Below, one piece after another: positions 6,778 to 14,706 of a stretch of 64,000 bases of DNA. The notes under the pieces were generated by a model. It saw nothing but the letters and a program-made list of their open reading frames with translations, did not search any database and was not told where the DNA came from. Numbering within the stretch: position 1 is the stretch's first letter; each line of letters opens with the position of its first letter. Both the position numbers and the translations under genes were made by a program. Source of the stretch: a virus; the IMG/VR virus record IMGVR_UViG_3300033273_000208, positions 9,884 to 73,883 of that record. The stretch is one strand, 5' to 3'.

Positions 6778-7191
6778 ATGCTTGAGACTCTGACTAACAC
6801 TCCCATCAACACATTGATCTGCTGTTTGTGTGAAGCACTGGACCAACATTATCGTCTTTACACTGTAAAATCCTTCCGCCGTCGTGTTTCCTCAGGCAAC
6901 GATGATACGGGGTATTTCCAACGTCAACTGGATGCAATCCGCAATGATCAGTATGATTGGAACATTTCTTTCGATGTAGAGGAAGGACGCAAGTATGCTA
7001 AGATTATAATGACTCAGAGCGGATCACGTTCTGTTCATGCTTTCATAGATATGAAGACGGGTGACGTATATAAACCCGCATCCTTTTCTAAACCTGCCAA
7101 AGGTGTACGTTACAACCTGTTTGACAAGAACTCCCGTGAAGAGTGTTATCGTCGAGCAGATTGGGCAGGTGATTATCTCTATCTTCGCTGA
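6778..7191 (+). CDS. conserved phage hypothetical protein
   Basis: GRKYAKI...VHAFID.KTGDVYKPAS..KPAKGVRYNL, recalled as a widespread myovirus family. Confidence 0.8.
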   Translation: MLETLTNTPINTLICCLCEALDQHYRLYTVKSFRRRVSSGNDDTGYFQRQLDAIRNDQYDWNISFDVEEGRKYAKIIMTQSGSRSVHAFIDMKTGDVYKPASFSKPAKGVRYNLFDKNSREECYRRADWAGDYLYLR

Positions 7192-7194
7192 TTC

Positions 7195-7839
7195 ATGACT
7201 AATCCACTCTCCGACAATCTCACTGAAGAGGTATTACATAAGAACCAAACATTTGCCTGTTTTCCACAAGCAATCTCCGCATTTGATGTTCCCGATCATT
7301 CAAACATCAAACAACAAATCCTCTCTTGGATGAGAACAAAGGAACTCGTTCCTGAACACTCAAGGAGAATGATTTCCCACAATGTTGTTACTGTAGGCAA
7401 TGACAATGAACTGCTCAATGAGAATCCTAATCTCAAAGAAATCTTCCTCAATCTTGTCAACAAACACAATGAAGATGCATGGGCATATTCATCAAGATTT
7501 GACATACAAGAATCCTACTTAGAGGTAGCATCCCAAGGTGCAATCTATGCTCCTCATGAACATTCAAACGCCCTCTATTCTGCCACCTATTTTCTCAACT
7601 TTGATAAGAAATCTCATTCCCCACTCAAGTTCAGACGACACATTGTTTCATCTCATTTCCCTGTATTGCAGATCGAATGTAGTACACAAACAGCATTCAA
7701 TCAACCCGATTGCTATGTACCACATGAAGAAGGAACATTGTTAATCTATCCACCTAATCTGACTCATGGATATGAATCAAATCTAGCAGACAATCGTATC
7801 ACTTTCTCATTCAATGTTGTCCCGATAGGAGTGAACTAA
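7195..7839 (+). CDS. 2OG-Fe(II) oxygenase (TIGR02466-like)
   Basis: PHEH.N..YSATYF...EGTLLIYP..L.HG...RITFSFN. Confidence 0.85.
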   Translation: MTNPLSDNLTEEVLHKNQTFACFPQAISAFDVPDHSNIKQQILSWMRTKELVPEHSRRMISHNVVTVGNDNELLNENPNLKEIFLNLVNKHNEDAWAYSSRFDIQESYLEVASQGAIYAPHEHSNALYSATYFLNFDKKSHSPLKFRRHIVSSHFPVLQIECSTQTAFNQPDCYVPHEEGTLLIYPPNLTHGYESNLADNRITFSFNVVPIGVN

Positions 7840-7850
7840 GAGACGCGCAG

Positions 7851-7885
7851 TTTTCCACAACTTTTTCCACATATCCTGTGGAAAA
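7851..7885. promoter_or_regulatory. cluster of three perfect cyanobacterial-type DnaA boxes
   Basis: TTTTCCACA 7851-7859 and 7863-7871; TGTGGAAAA 7877-7885; further copies at 7260-7268 and 8196-8204. Confidence 0.6.
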
Positions 7886-8032
7886 CTGTGTATTTTAGAA
7901 ATGCTTCAAAAAACATACATTAGTGCTCTATAGTTCGTGTTAATGTGTGTGGTTATTGTTGCCTCGGACTGTAACACATTGACAGCGAGTTGGCAACACT
8001 CCCAGGACATTTCTGAAACCCTCACAAACCCC

Positions 8033-8061
8033 TTGACAATACTCAAAAAATCATACATAAT
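8033..8061 (+). promoter_or_regulatory. sigma70-type promoter
   Basis: TTGACA-N17-CATAAT. Confidence 0.8.
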
Positions 8062-8099
8062 AGCAGAGTCCTTCACTAACACTTTCATTCACTAATCTC

Positions 8100-8279
8100 A
8101 TGGGTCGTACGTACAAGAAGAACGACATTCACAACACTCGCCGTCCCAAATCTATTCGAGAGAAGCGTAACTGGGGCAACAAAGATAGGCGAGAGTTTTC
8201 CACAGATTCCACCGATACATATTCGGATAAGTATCGCAAACACTTCACCACTTCTGATGACTATTACGAGGCAGATTGA
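8100..8279 (+). CDS. 59-aa protein, basic N-terminus (not in ORF track)
   Basis: MGRTYKKNDIHNTRRPKSIREKR...; directly downstream of the sigma70 promoter. Confidence 0.7.
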   Translation: MGRTYKKNDIHNTRRPKSIREKRNWGNKDRREFSTDSTDTYSDKYRKHFTTSDDYYEAD

Positions 8280-8410
8280 TGGATGATTTCGATGCACAAG
8301 ACTGGATTGATTACATGCTCTCCGATGATGATGAGATCACCGAAGATATCGATCTCGATGATGCTATGATGCCCGAGTTTGCCCATGATTGCCGAGGAGA
8401 TTGGAGTTGA
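8279..8410 (+). CDS. 43-aa extremely acidic peptide (not in ORF track)
   Basis: TGATG coupling, GAGG upstream; 17 D/E versus 1 R. Confidence 0.6.
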   Translation: MDDFDAQDWIDYMLSDDDEITEDIDLDDAMMPEFAHDCRGDWS

Positions 8411-8580
8411 AAACTATCACTCTCAACACTAATCCTTCAGTGGATATTCTAATCTGGGAAGACCGCCGTAAACACTTCTGGCGATACGATTACGATGGTT
8501 GTCCTAAGTTTGGTCCATTTCGTTCTTATGACTTAGCATTGCAAGATGCACTCTTTTACAGTAAACAATCCAATGCCTGA
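8407..8580 (+). CDS. hypothetical protein
   Basis: TTGA overlap, GAGGAG upstream; ...HFWRYDY...FGPF. Confidence 0.6.
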   Translation: MKTITLNTNPSVDILIWEDRRKHFWRYDYDGCPKFGPFRSYDLALQDALFYSKQSNA

Positions 8581-8767
8581 AAAGTATCAACTATTGCTAG
8601 ATCTTTACGACGCAGGATCACTACCACCCGATGAACAGGTAGAGTTAGCACAGTTCCTGATTGATACGGGTTTGAGTGAGGAACTCGTACAGTACCAGAG
8701 ATTCACTGACTACATGATTGCAGAGGGTTTCTGTTATGATGTGAGTCTCGGTGAGTATCACATGTGA
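8573..8767 (+). CDS. hypothetical protein
   Basis: MPEKYQLLLDLYD...AQFLIDTGL. Confidence 0.7.
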   Translation: MPEKYQLLLDLYDAGSLPPDEQVELAQFLIDTGLSEELVQYQRFTDYMIAEGFCYDVSLGEYHM

Positions 8768-8769
8768 GT

Positions 8770-9095
8770 CACAGTTAGTATAACATAGGGGATGCAATCG
8801 TGTCCCCATTTCGCTATATTAAAAAGTACCTATTCGCTAACCTACAAAAGTATAGGATCGCCCTAGTGTTATCTCTCTCTAAAAATATTTCCAGGGGTTC
8901 TGAGACCCCCCAGACCCTCGCTACGACCCCCCGTGAGGAATGGTCGTATATCTTTCTATGCCTAAAAGAGATTGCAAATATCTTTCTACAAAATATTTTT
9001 CTCAGTGGTAAAAAGTTTCTCAGACCTGTGCGTGCTGACGTATACGTTTGGTTATATCACAAACACTGAGAAATCTATATACTGTTATACAAACT
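8770..9095. other. non-coding AT-rich/palindromic region, candidate replication origin element
   Basis: hairpin GGGGA..TCCCC about 8788-8807, repeated TTCGCTA, two AAAATATTT palindromes, GACCCCCC repeats; at the early/late boundary. Confidence 0.4.
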
Positions 9096-9107
9096 CAGGA
9101 GTATCAG

Positions 9108-9275
9108 ATGAGTAAGAGATATGTCTTAGAGGTCCAGGAAGGGGACGATGGTGAAGTATTTGTACAGTTACCTGATGAACTCCTAGAAGAGGCAGGATGG
9201 CGTGAAGGAGATACCTTAGAATACTCTGAGGACATCGATGGTACAATAATGCTCAAGAAGGTTGATGAGGAATGA
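9108..9275 (+). CDS. AbrB/MazE/SpoVT-like swapped-hairpin protein
   Basis: GEVFVQLPDELLEEAGWREGDTLEY...DGTIMLKK; GGAG RBS. Confidence 0.7.
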   Translation: MSKRYVLEVQEGDDGEVFVQLPDELLEEAGWREGDTLEYSEDIDGTIMLKKVDEE

Positions 9276-9319
9276 CTCTCGAAAACCGCGAAACCAAAAA
9301 CCGCGTTTAACCCAACATT

Positions 9320-9541
9320 ATGGACAACTTGAACGAAAACTTTAAGAACATTGCTGAAGCATTTAATCATACAAATGCTCGCTTACAGTTACTAGAGGAG
9401 GCGGTCTCCAAAATGCCACCGCCAGGTCCAGCAATGATTCAGTACAAACCTCCTGGGTCGGAAGAGTATAAAAACCTAAAACAAGTCTTCGATGATCTCT
9501 ATGACAGGATAAATACAATCGAGACAGTTCTTGGTATTTAA
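9320..9541 (+). CDS. hypothetical coiled-coil protein
   Basis: 73-aa ORF coupled to next gene. Confidence 0.7.
   Translation: MDNLNENFKNIAEAFNHTNARLQLLEEAVSKMPPPGPAMIQYKPPGSEEYKNLKQVFDDLYDRINTIETVLGI
9509..9515 (+). promoter_or_regulatory. T4-type late promoter
   Basis: ATAAATA 25 nt before the 9541 start. Confidence 0.65.
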
Positions 9542-12500
9542 TGCCTGCCTATATTATTGAGACGGGAAGATCTTATCGTAATCCAATCGAGTCTAAAGAC
9601 TTTGAGAAGCGTTGGAATAGCGATGAGTATGAAGGCGTGCCTGATGGGTATCAGATCAAGTTCCTGGGTGCAGGTCCTGGGTCGTTACCCTTAGGCAAAG
9701 ACAATGTGCACTACATTGGTGATGAAGAAGAAGTCTGCACCAACTGTGATAGTGATAGAAGAGAAGTATACAGACACTATCGCGGTACAGGTGGCAATGG
9801 ATTTGATCATACCTATACCATAGAGAACCGTATCCGTAAGGAGGATATGGCAGGTGAACGTGGTAAAGGTAAGGTAGCAAAGAAATATAACGCAGAACCT
9901 CGTTCTAACAGACCTGTGTTCTACGTATTGGAGTCTGCCTCTTCAGGTGGTACTCAGTTTTATCGTCATTACAACAACGATATCAACAATACAAAAATCT
10001 CGTCCAACAACTCTGAGGGTAGTGGATGGGAAAATACGGGCACTCTAGGGTACATACACACCACAGAGGCGGGTGCTGCTACTCATGGGGCAGACTATAC
10101 CCCTCTGTATCATTATTATGCAGGTGCACCGAAGTATGATGACTTCTATACTATCAATCCTGCAGGTGAAGTAAACCTCTCAGGCGGTCCTATACCCCCC
10201 AAGGAGGCGAGAAAGGGGGAGTATGTATACCAAGGCATCATCGGTTATGTATATACTGGTGGTTTTGGGTCACAGAAATCAAAGCAAGTTGTTGATATTG
10301 GTCTGATTGGACCGACTGGACAGTGTGTAGACAAGTCTGGTTGGTATCAATGGGCAGAGCCATGGTCATATTTCAGGTATAGATGGGGTAGACGAGGCGA
10401 TACTGACTCCAGATTTGAGGGACCACCCAATATGAACGGGTGGGGAGACGCAGATTACGTCGAAGTTGCCGATCCAGAAGCAAACTTTGAGTGGGCATAC
10501 GGTCTAAACGGCGCAATCAAGGGTGCCGTTCCTCGATATCTGGGATTTGAGGACATGTACGACTCCCAGTTTGTCTATTATTTGTACGATACGTCGTATC
10601 CGTGGAACGGTCCTATCTTTGGAATCCAATATACACTGTCAGATGCGGGGTGTTGCCCTAACTCAACGTGTTCAGATGGACAAGATAGATCATATCCTTG
10701 CTGTATTCGCACCTATTCTTACCATTCTCACTTCTATCAGATCCGTCAGGACTCCTGGGAGACGACAAAATCAACTTTGACGCTCTCCGATATGTCCACA
10801 CAGGGCGTAAATGAGTCGTTCTGGACAGTTGGCACGGATTCTAGACGCATTTTCTTCCGTTATACTAGCACAACTGGCGCATTTAGGCGTGGTGAATCGG
10901 TAAATGGGTGGACAATCACGTCTGTTCGTTACTTTGGTGACGAAAATAAGGCGGGTTTTATGGATTTGGGTGAGACAGATGCGGAATCTGGTAACGGAAA
11001 CCCCTTTACATACAACCAACAGATCACTTCTGCCGATGGAGGCACCGCAGTTGTGCTTGCTGGGTACGGTATTGGCGACAAATGTGCGTTCTTTGGCGTA
11101 TATGAGTTCCCCAAGAAGATCACTTACTTCCAAGTTGAGATCGATCCTAACGCATTAGTCGCATCTAGGACGCTTGATGAGGCAAAACTGGAGGCAGTGA
11201 TCAATGAAGCGGGTGAACTAGCGCAAGTTAAGATCGTAAATGGTGGTTATGGATATCGTTTTGAGGATACTACCATCTCAGTTTCGTCTCCTGGCATCAT
11301 GGAGGACTTCTCTCCTGGCGATTATGCGTCAGAAATGATGAATCAGACGCCTTTGGACAACAATCTGAGTAATGCAAAGGTTGCTGGTTACCCACAAGAG
11401 ACAAATCAGGACTACGATATGCAGATGCATAACGCAATCCAGAAAACTTCCAACACCTTAGCGCAGTCTGACGAAAAAACTGCAGGTAAAGCAGTCTACA
11501 ATCGCGGCAAAACCGTCCTCCAGAAGCAAGCAAAGGTCATTGTAGAGGAGATGGACGCAAATGGAAGCATTCTCCGCGTTGCAATCACTGATCCTGGGTC
11601 GGGATACTCCCCAGATTTCCCTCCTTTGGTCGCAGTTGTGATTCCAGAGAAGGTATCACGTGGATTTGAAGGTCAAGATACCTCTGGATTTGACCCTGTG
11701 AACTCAGGTGCACTCAAAAATGTCAAGGATCTGGTCGGAAACGACGGTGGATTCGACTTAGAGAGCGTATTGAGCGAAGGTTTTAGCAAAATCGAAGAAG
11801 GATTGAGCGTAGAAATACCTCAAGGTTACATGAAAGTGACCGATGTGCACAAATCTGACAAGACTGTGCTCTGCCAAGACCTTCCTGCGACTTGTTTAGA
11901 CCTCGTTATGCCTGGTGTGGTGTCTGATGCACTTCCAACAGAGGAATCTTTCAGGGAAGTACGCAAAGTTTCGGATGGAATCAACGATTATTTGAATGGT
12001 CCCTTCTCTCAAGCACGACAAGCAGCGCAGGAATCGGACCAAAGGTCTGCGGCACTGTCTGGTGTCTATGGTTGGAACGGTGGAAAGGCGTGTATTGAGA
12101 TCCCCCAACCCAAAACTTACGCTGTAAGTCGTTTCTTTGACATGCCTTGCTCCTACAGGGGCACTTCTAACCCACTCAGTCCACTGGAAGACCCCAAACC
12201 TGTGGCATTTGGGTGGGTTGTACACAAATATTGTGCCTCTGAGGCAGAAGATGCCACATTCAAGGTTTCAATGCGGTTAGAGGGGCATACAGTGGGGTCT
12301 CAGGGGCAAGATTTTATGGACTTCCTGCGAGATAAAATGCCTGCAGCGAAGTTGACACCCACTAGAAAGGTTTCTGGACTCGCAAAGACCCATCCTTGCT
12401 TCCGTGGAGGCATTCAGGGACGCTGTTACCGAGATCCCAATGGTCCTGGTTACGTTTTTGTGCCCATTGGACTGGATGAGAACACATTTGACTACAACAG

Positions 12501-13068
12501 ATCGAGTTTTACTGAGTTTGAGCAGTTCCAACTTTGGTTGCATGACAATATTGCGACTTATACACCCAACTTCTTGGTCGGACCTTGGACTTGGAGTTTT
12601 ACAAACGAAGATCCAGAAACGGGCGAGGAAACAACAGAAGAGTTTAGCGATTCCACCACCATTACTGCGATTGCAGCAGAACCTTGGGTGAATGGTGCGC
12701 CGCCAAACGAATGTTGGGATACTTATGTGCGTGGTGTTACTGCCTCAGATGGTCCTTTGGACGTTTTCTGCGGATGGGACGCCAACGGACAACCTATTGC
12801 GGGTACTACATATGATCAAGTACCCGAACTCATGAGTGTCTGTGCGGCTCTTGAGAATGTCAACGATGTTTCTATTGCAGTACAACCAGGCAGAATGCAG
12901 GGTGGTAACCCAAGTATGGTCTTAGGACCATATGTCGGTCAGATGAAAGTACGGAACTACCTAACAGGTGCGACCATTGTTTATTCCAAGGCAGTTCAGT
13001 ATTTGAGCAATCCATACTTCAGTGAATGTGACGTTGACATCCAAAGCGTTATTGGAGCTGGATTCTAA
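9541..13068 (+). CDS. large virion structural protein (baseplate-associated)
   Basis: 1175 aa; N-terminal DUF5648-like repeats (LYHYY..DDFYT..GYVY), GGxGY beta repeats shared with gp7; position before PAAR/gp25. Confidence 0.7.
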   Translation: MPAYIIETGRSYRNPIESKDFEKRWNSDEYEGVPDGYQIKFLGAGPGSLPLGKDNVHYIGDEEEVCTNCDSDRREVYRHYRGTGGNGFDHTYTIENRIRKEDMAGERGKGKVAKKYNAEPRSNRPVFYVLESASSGGTQFYRHYNNDINNTKISSNNSEGSGWENTGTLGYIHTTEAGAATHGADYTPLYHYYAGAPKYDDFYTINPAGEVNLSGGPIPPKEARKGEYVYQGIIGYVYTGGFGSQKSKQVVDIGLIGPTGQCVDKSGWYQWAEPWSYFRYRWGRRGDTDSRFEGPPNMNGWGDADYVEVADPEANFEWAYGLNGAIKGAVPRYLGFEDMYDSQFVYYLYDTSYPWNGPIFGIQYTLSDAGCCPNSTCSDGQDRSYPCCIRTYSYHSHFYQIRQDSWETTKSTLTLSDMSTQGVNESFWTVGTDSRRIFFRYTSTTGAFRRGESVNGWTITSVRYFGDENKAGFMDLGETDAESGNGNPFTYNQQITSADGGTAVVLAGYGIGDKCAFFGVYEFPKKITYFQVEIDPNALVASRTLDEAKLEAVINEAGELAQVKIVNGGYGYRFEDTTISVSSPGIMEDFSPGDYASEMMNQTPLDNNLSNAKVAGYPQETNQDYDMQMHNAIQKTSNTLAQSDEKTAGKAVYNRGKTVLQKQAKVIVEEMDANGSILRVAITDPGSGYSPDFPPLVAVVIPEKVSRGFEGQDTSGFDPVNSGALKNVKDLVGNDGGFDLESVLSEGFSKIEEGLSVEIPQGYMKVTDVHKSDKTVLCQDLPATCLDLVMPGVVSDALPTEESFREVRKVSDGINDYLNGPFSQARQAAQESDQRSAALSGVYGWNGGKACIEIPQPKTYAVSRFFDMPCSYRGTSNPLSPLEDPKPVAFGWVVHKYCASEAEDATFKVSMRLEGHTVGSQGQDFMDFLRDKMPAAKLTPTRKVSGLAKTHPCFRGGIQGRCYRDPNGPGYVFVPIGLDENTFDYNRSSFTEFEQFQLWLHDNIATYTPNFLVGPWTWSFTNEDPETGEETTEEFSDSTTITAIAAEPWVNGAPPNECWDTYVRGVTASDGPLDVFCGWDANGQPIAGTTYDQVPELMSVCAALENVNDVSIAVQPGRMQGGNPSMVLGPYVGQMKVRNYLTGATIVYSKAVQYLSNPYFSECDVDIQSVIGAGF

Positions 13069-13601
13069 TGGCATATGGATTTCTAAAACCTGTCGCAGCG
13101 CATAATGCACTGCCTTGTAGTGGTCACGGTCTCTGTTTGCCACCCACCATTCACTCGGTTCAGTGGTGTGGCACTCCGCCGATCCCATATACAATCAAAG
13201 TCAAAGACTTTACTTGTTGGTGGCCACCATATCCATTGGTACCACTAACTGCTCTCAATCCACTGAGGGCAATGGTGCTTGTGCACTTTCTCCCGATCTA
13301 TTTGTTGGGGGATACGTTCATTCCCCATTTCAGTACATGCACAAACATTGTTATATACTTATGCCCATGTGGAAACTCCATTTGTCCTAAACCAACACCT
13401 TTTGCTTGTTCAATCCTGACGATTGAGGATGCAGGTGGTATAGGACACCCAAGAGTTCTATTCACAACAACACTGACTGTGTTTGCATTGAAACTGCCAG
13501 TTGGCAGAATGCTCGATCCCCTCGGAATCGGATTCCCTGGGTGGTCATATCCTTGCAGTTCTGTTGTTGCATGGGGATCTGCTACGGTCTGGTCGTCCTG
13601 A
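13068..13601 (+). CDS. PAAR-like baseplate spike tip (gp5.4-like), Cys-rich
   Basis: CSGH...GDTFIPH...GH.R...PVGRMLD...C.SVVA.GSATV. Confidence 0.7.
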   Translation: MAYGFLKPVAAHNALPCSGHGLCLPPTIHSVQWCGTPPIPYTIKVKDFTCWWPPYPLVPLTALNPLRAMVLVHFLPIYLLGDTFIPHFSTCTNIVIYLCPCGNSICPKPTPFACSILTIEDAGGIGHPRVLFTTTLTVFALKLPVGRMLDPLGIGFPGWSYPCSSVVAWGSATVWSS

Positions 13602-13604
13602 TCG

Positions 13605-13613
13605 TGCTATAAT
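13605..13613 (+). promoter_or_regulatory. extended -10 promoter
   Basis: TGcTATAAT. Confidence 0.65.
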
Positions 13614-13640
13614 ATTCAAGTCCACTACACGACACACACT

Positions 13641-13790
13641 ATGCCTGCTAAAGCGAAAGTTGGTTCTTCTCGGGTTGTTTTCGAGTCGGGTCCTCCGAAG
13701 CGGACTCGTCAAGGTCGCAGTTCAAACACGAAACTGTCTGCCACCTCTCGTAATGGCGCTAAGAAGCGTTATCGGGGTCAAGGTAAGTAA
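13641..13790 (+). CDS. 49-aa very basic conserved cyanophage protein (not in ORF track)
   Basis: MPAKAK...PKRTRQG...KKRYRGQGK. Confidence 0.75.
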   Translation: MPAKAKVGSSRVVFESGPPKRTRQGRSSNTKLSATSRNGAKKRYRGQGK

Positions 13791-13984
13791 TGAGTAAAGT
13801 TAAAACTACACCCCAGTTGGTTGATGAGGCTAACTGGGGTCTTTTTCGGGCAACTATGAATCTGCCCGCCGCGGCCGAGCATTGTGGAATGTCACAGAGA
13901 GAAATGAAAATGACTTTCCGTGAGTTCCTTAAATACCATCATGAAGACTATGAGCATGTAACTCAACTGTTCTTCAACATTTAA
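13790..13984 (+). CDS. small HTH-like hypothetical protein
   Basis: MNLPAAAEHCGMSQREMK. Confidence 0.65.
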   Translation: MSKVKTTPQLVDEANWGLFRATMNLPAAAEHCGMSQREMKMTFREFLKYHHEDYEHVTQLFFNI

Positions 13985-13991
13985 TCATAAA

Positions 13992-14012
13992 GGTCTCTCC
14001 CAAAGAGAGACC
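13992..14012 (+). terminator. hairpin after the small operon
   Basis: GGTCTCTC-ccaaa-GAGAGACC; no T tract. Confidence 0.4.
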
Positions 14013-14035
14013 AAATATGCACTGGGATTGGGGAG

Positions 14036-14042
14036 ATAAATA
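14036..14042 (+). promoter_or_regulatory. T4-type late promoter
   Basis: ATAAATA (another at 14189-14195 before gp25). Confidence 0.65.
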
Positions 14043-14100
14043 ACTTTGAGCGATAGCAACCGCTTAAAAAGTTCTGTTGATCCTTAAGCAAGAGAAACAG

Positions 14101-14292
14101 ATGGCTAACAATCCGATACCTGACCATGTGCCTAGCATCATGGAGCAACAGTTTGGCACAAGGGTACTAATCACTGACCCAAAAGCTGATAAATATCTGA
14201 AGTTAGCACACAAAAACGATCCGCCCAACGATCGTCTTTCAAAATGGTGTGGTGGTAAAAATGGGTTCGATGATTACGTTGAACGTCTCTAA
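14101..14292 (+). CDS. hypothetical protein
   Basis: MANNPIPD...; coupled to gp25. Confidence 0.7.
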   Translation: MANNPIPDHVPSIMEQQFGTRVLITDPKADKYLKLAHKNDPPNDRLSKWCGGKNGFDDYVERL

Positions 14293-14705
14293 TGCCCGCT
14301 TATAGATTTAGATCTGAAAAGTTCCTTAGTAGAGGGTACAAAGACCTTGCAGTTTCTTTCAAGGCAAATCCCAATACTAAGGATTTTAGTGTGGTTAAAA
14401 ATGAGAACGCAATCAAACAGTCCATCAGAAACCTGATGCTTACTGCGTTTGGTGAGCGTCCTTTCCAACCTGGGATTGGTTCTAGAATCAAAGGTCTTCT
14501 CTTTGAACCATTTGATGTGTTCTTGGCAGAAGAAATGAAGACAGAGATTAGAAACACTGTTGAAAGACTGGAACCAAGGGTCGAACTTCAGAATGTATTC
14601 ATCCGCGAAAACCCCGATGCTGGGGAACTCAATGTGACTATTGAATATATCATTATTGGTCAAACAATAACCCAAACTGTAGATTTCCTCCTAGAGGTCG
14701 CATAA
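14292..14705 (+). CDS. gp25: baseplate wedge subunit gp25
   Basis: YKDL...AIKQSIRNL..T..GERPFQP.IGS.I..LLFEP...EPRV. Confidence 0.95.
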   Translation: MPAYRFRSEKFLSRGYKDLAVSFKANPNTKDFSVVKNENAIKQSIRNLMLTAFGERPFQPGIGSRIKGLLFEPFDVFLAEEMKTEIRNTVERLEPRVELQNVFIRENPDAGELNVTIEYIIIGQTITQTVDFLLEVA

Positions 14706-14706
14706 C

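Noticed and set aside
8800-9069. 89-aa ORF in the track
   Set aside because: Atypical composition, spans palindromes and homopolymer runs, no RBS; better read as non-coding.
1-9100. C-rich + strand in the early region versus G-rich structural genes as a replication-skew switch
   Set aside because: Confounded by Gly-rich structural proteins and codon usage; cannot be separated by eye.
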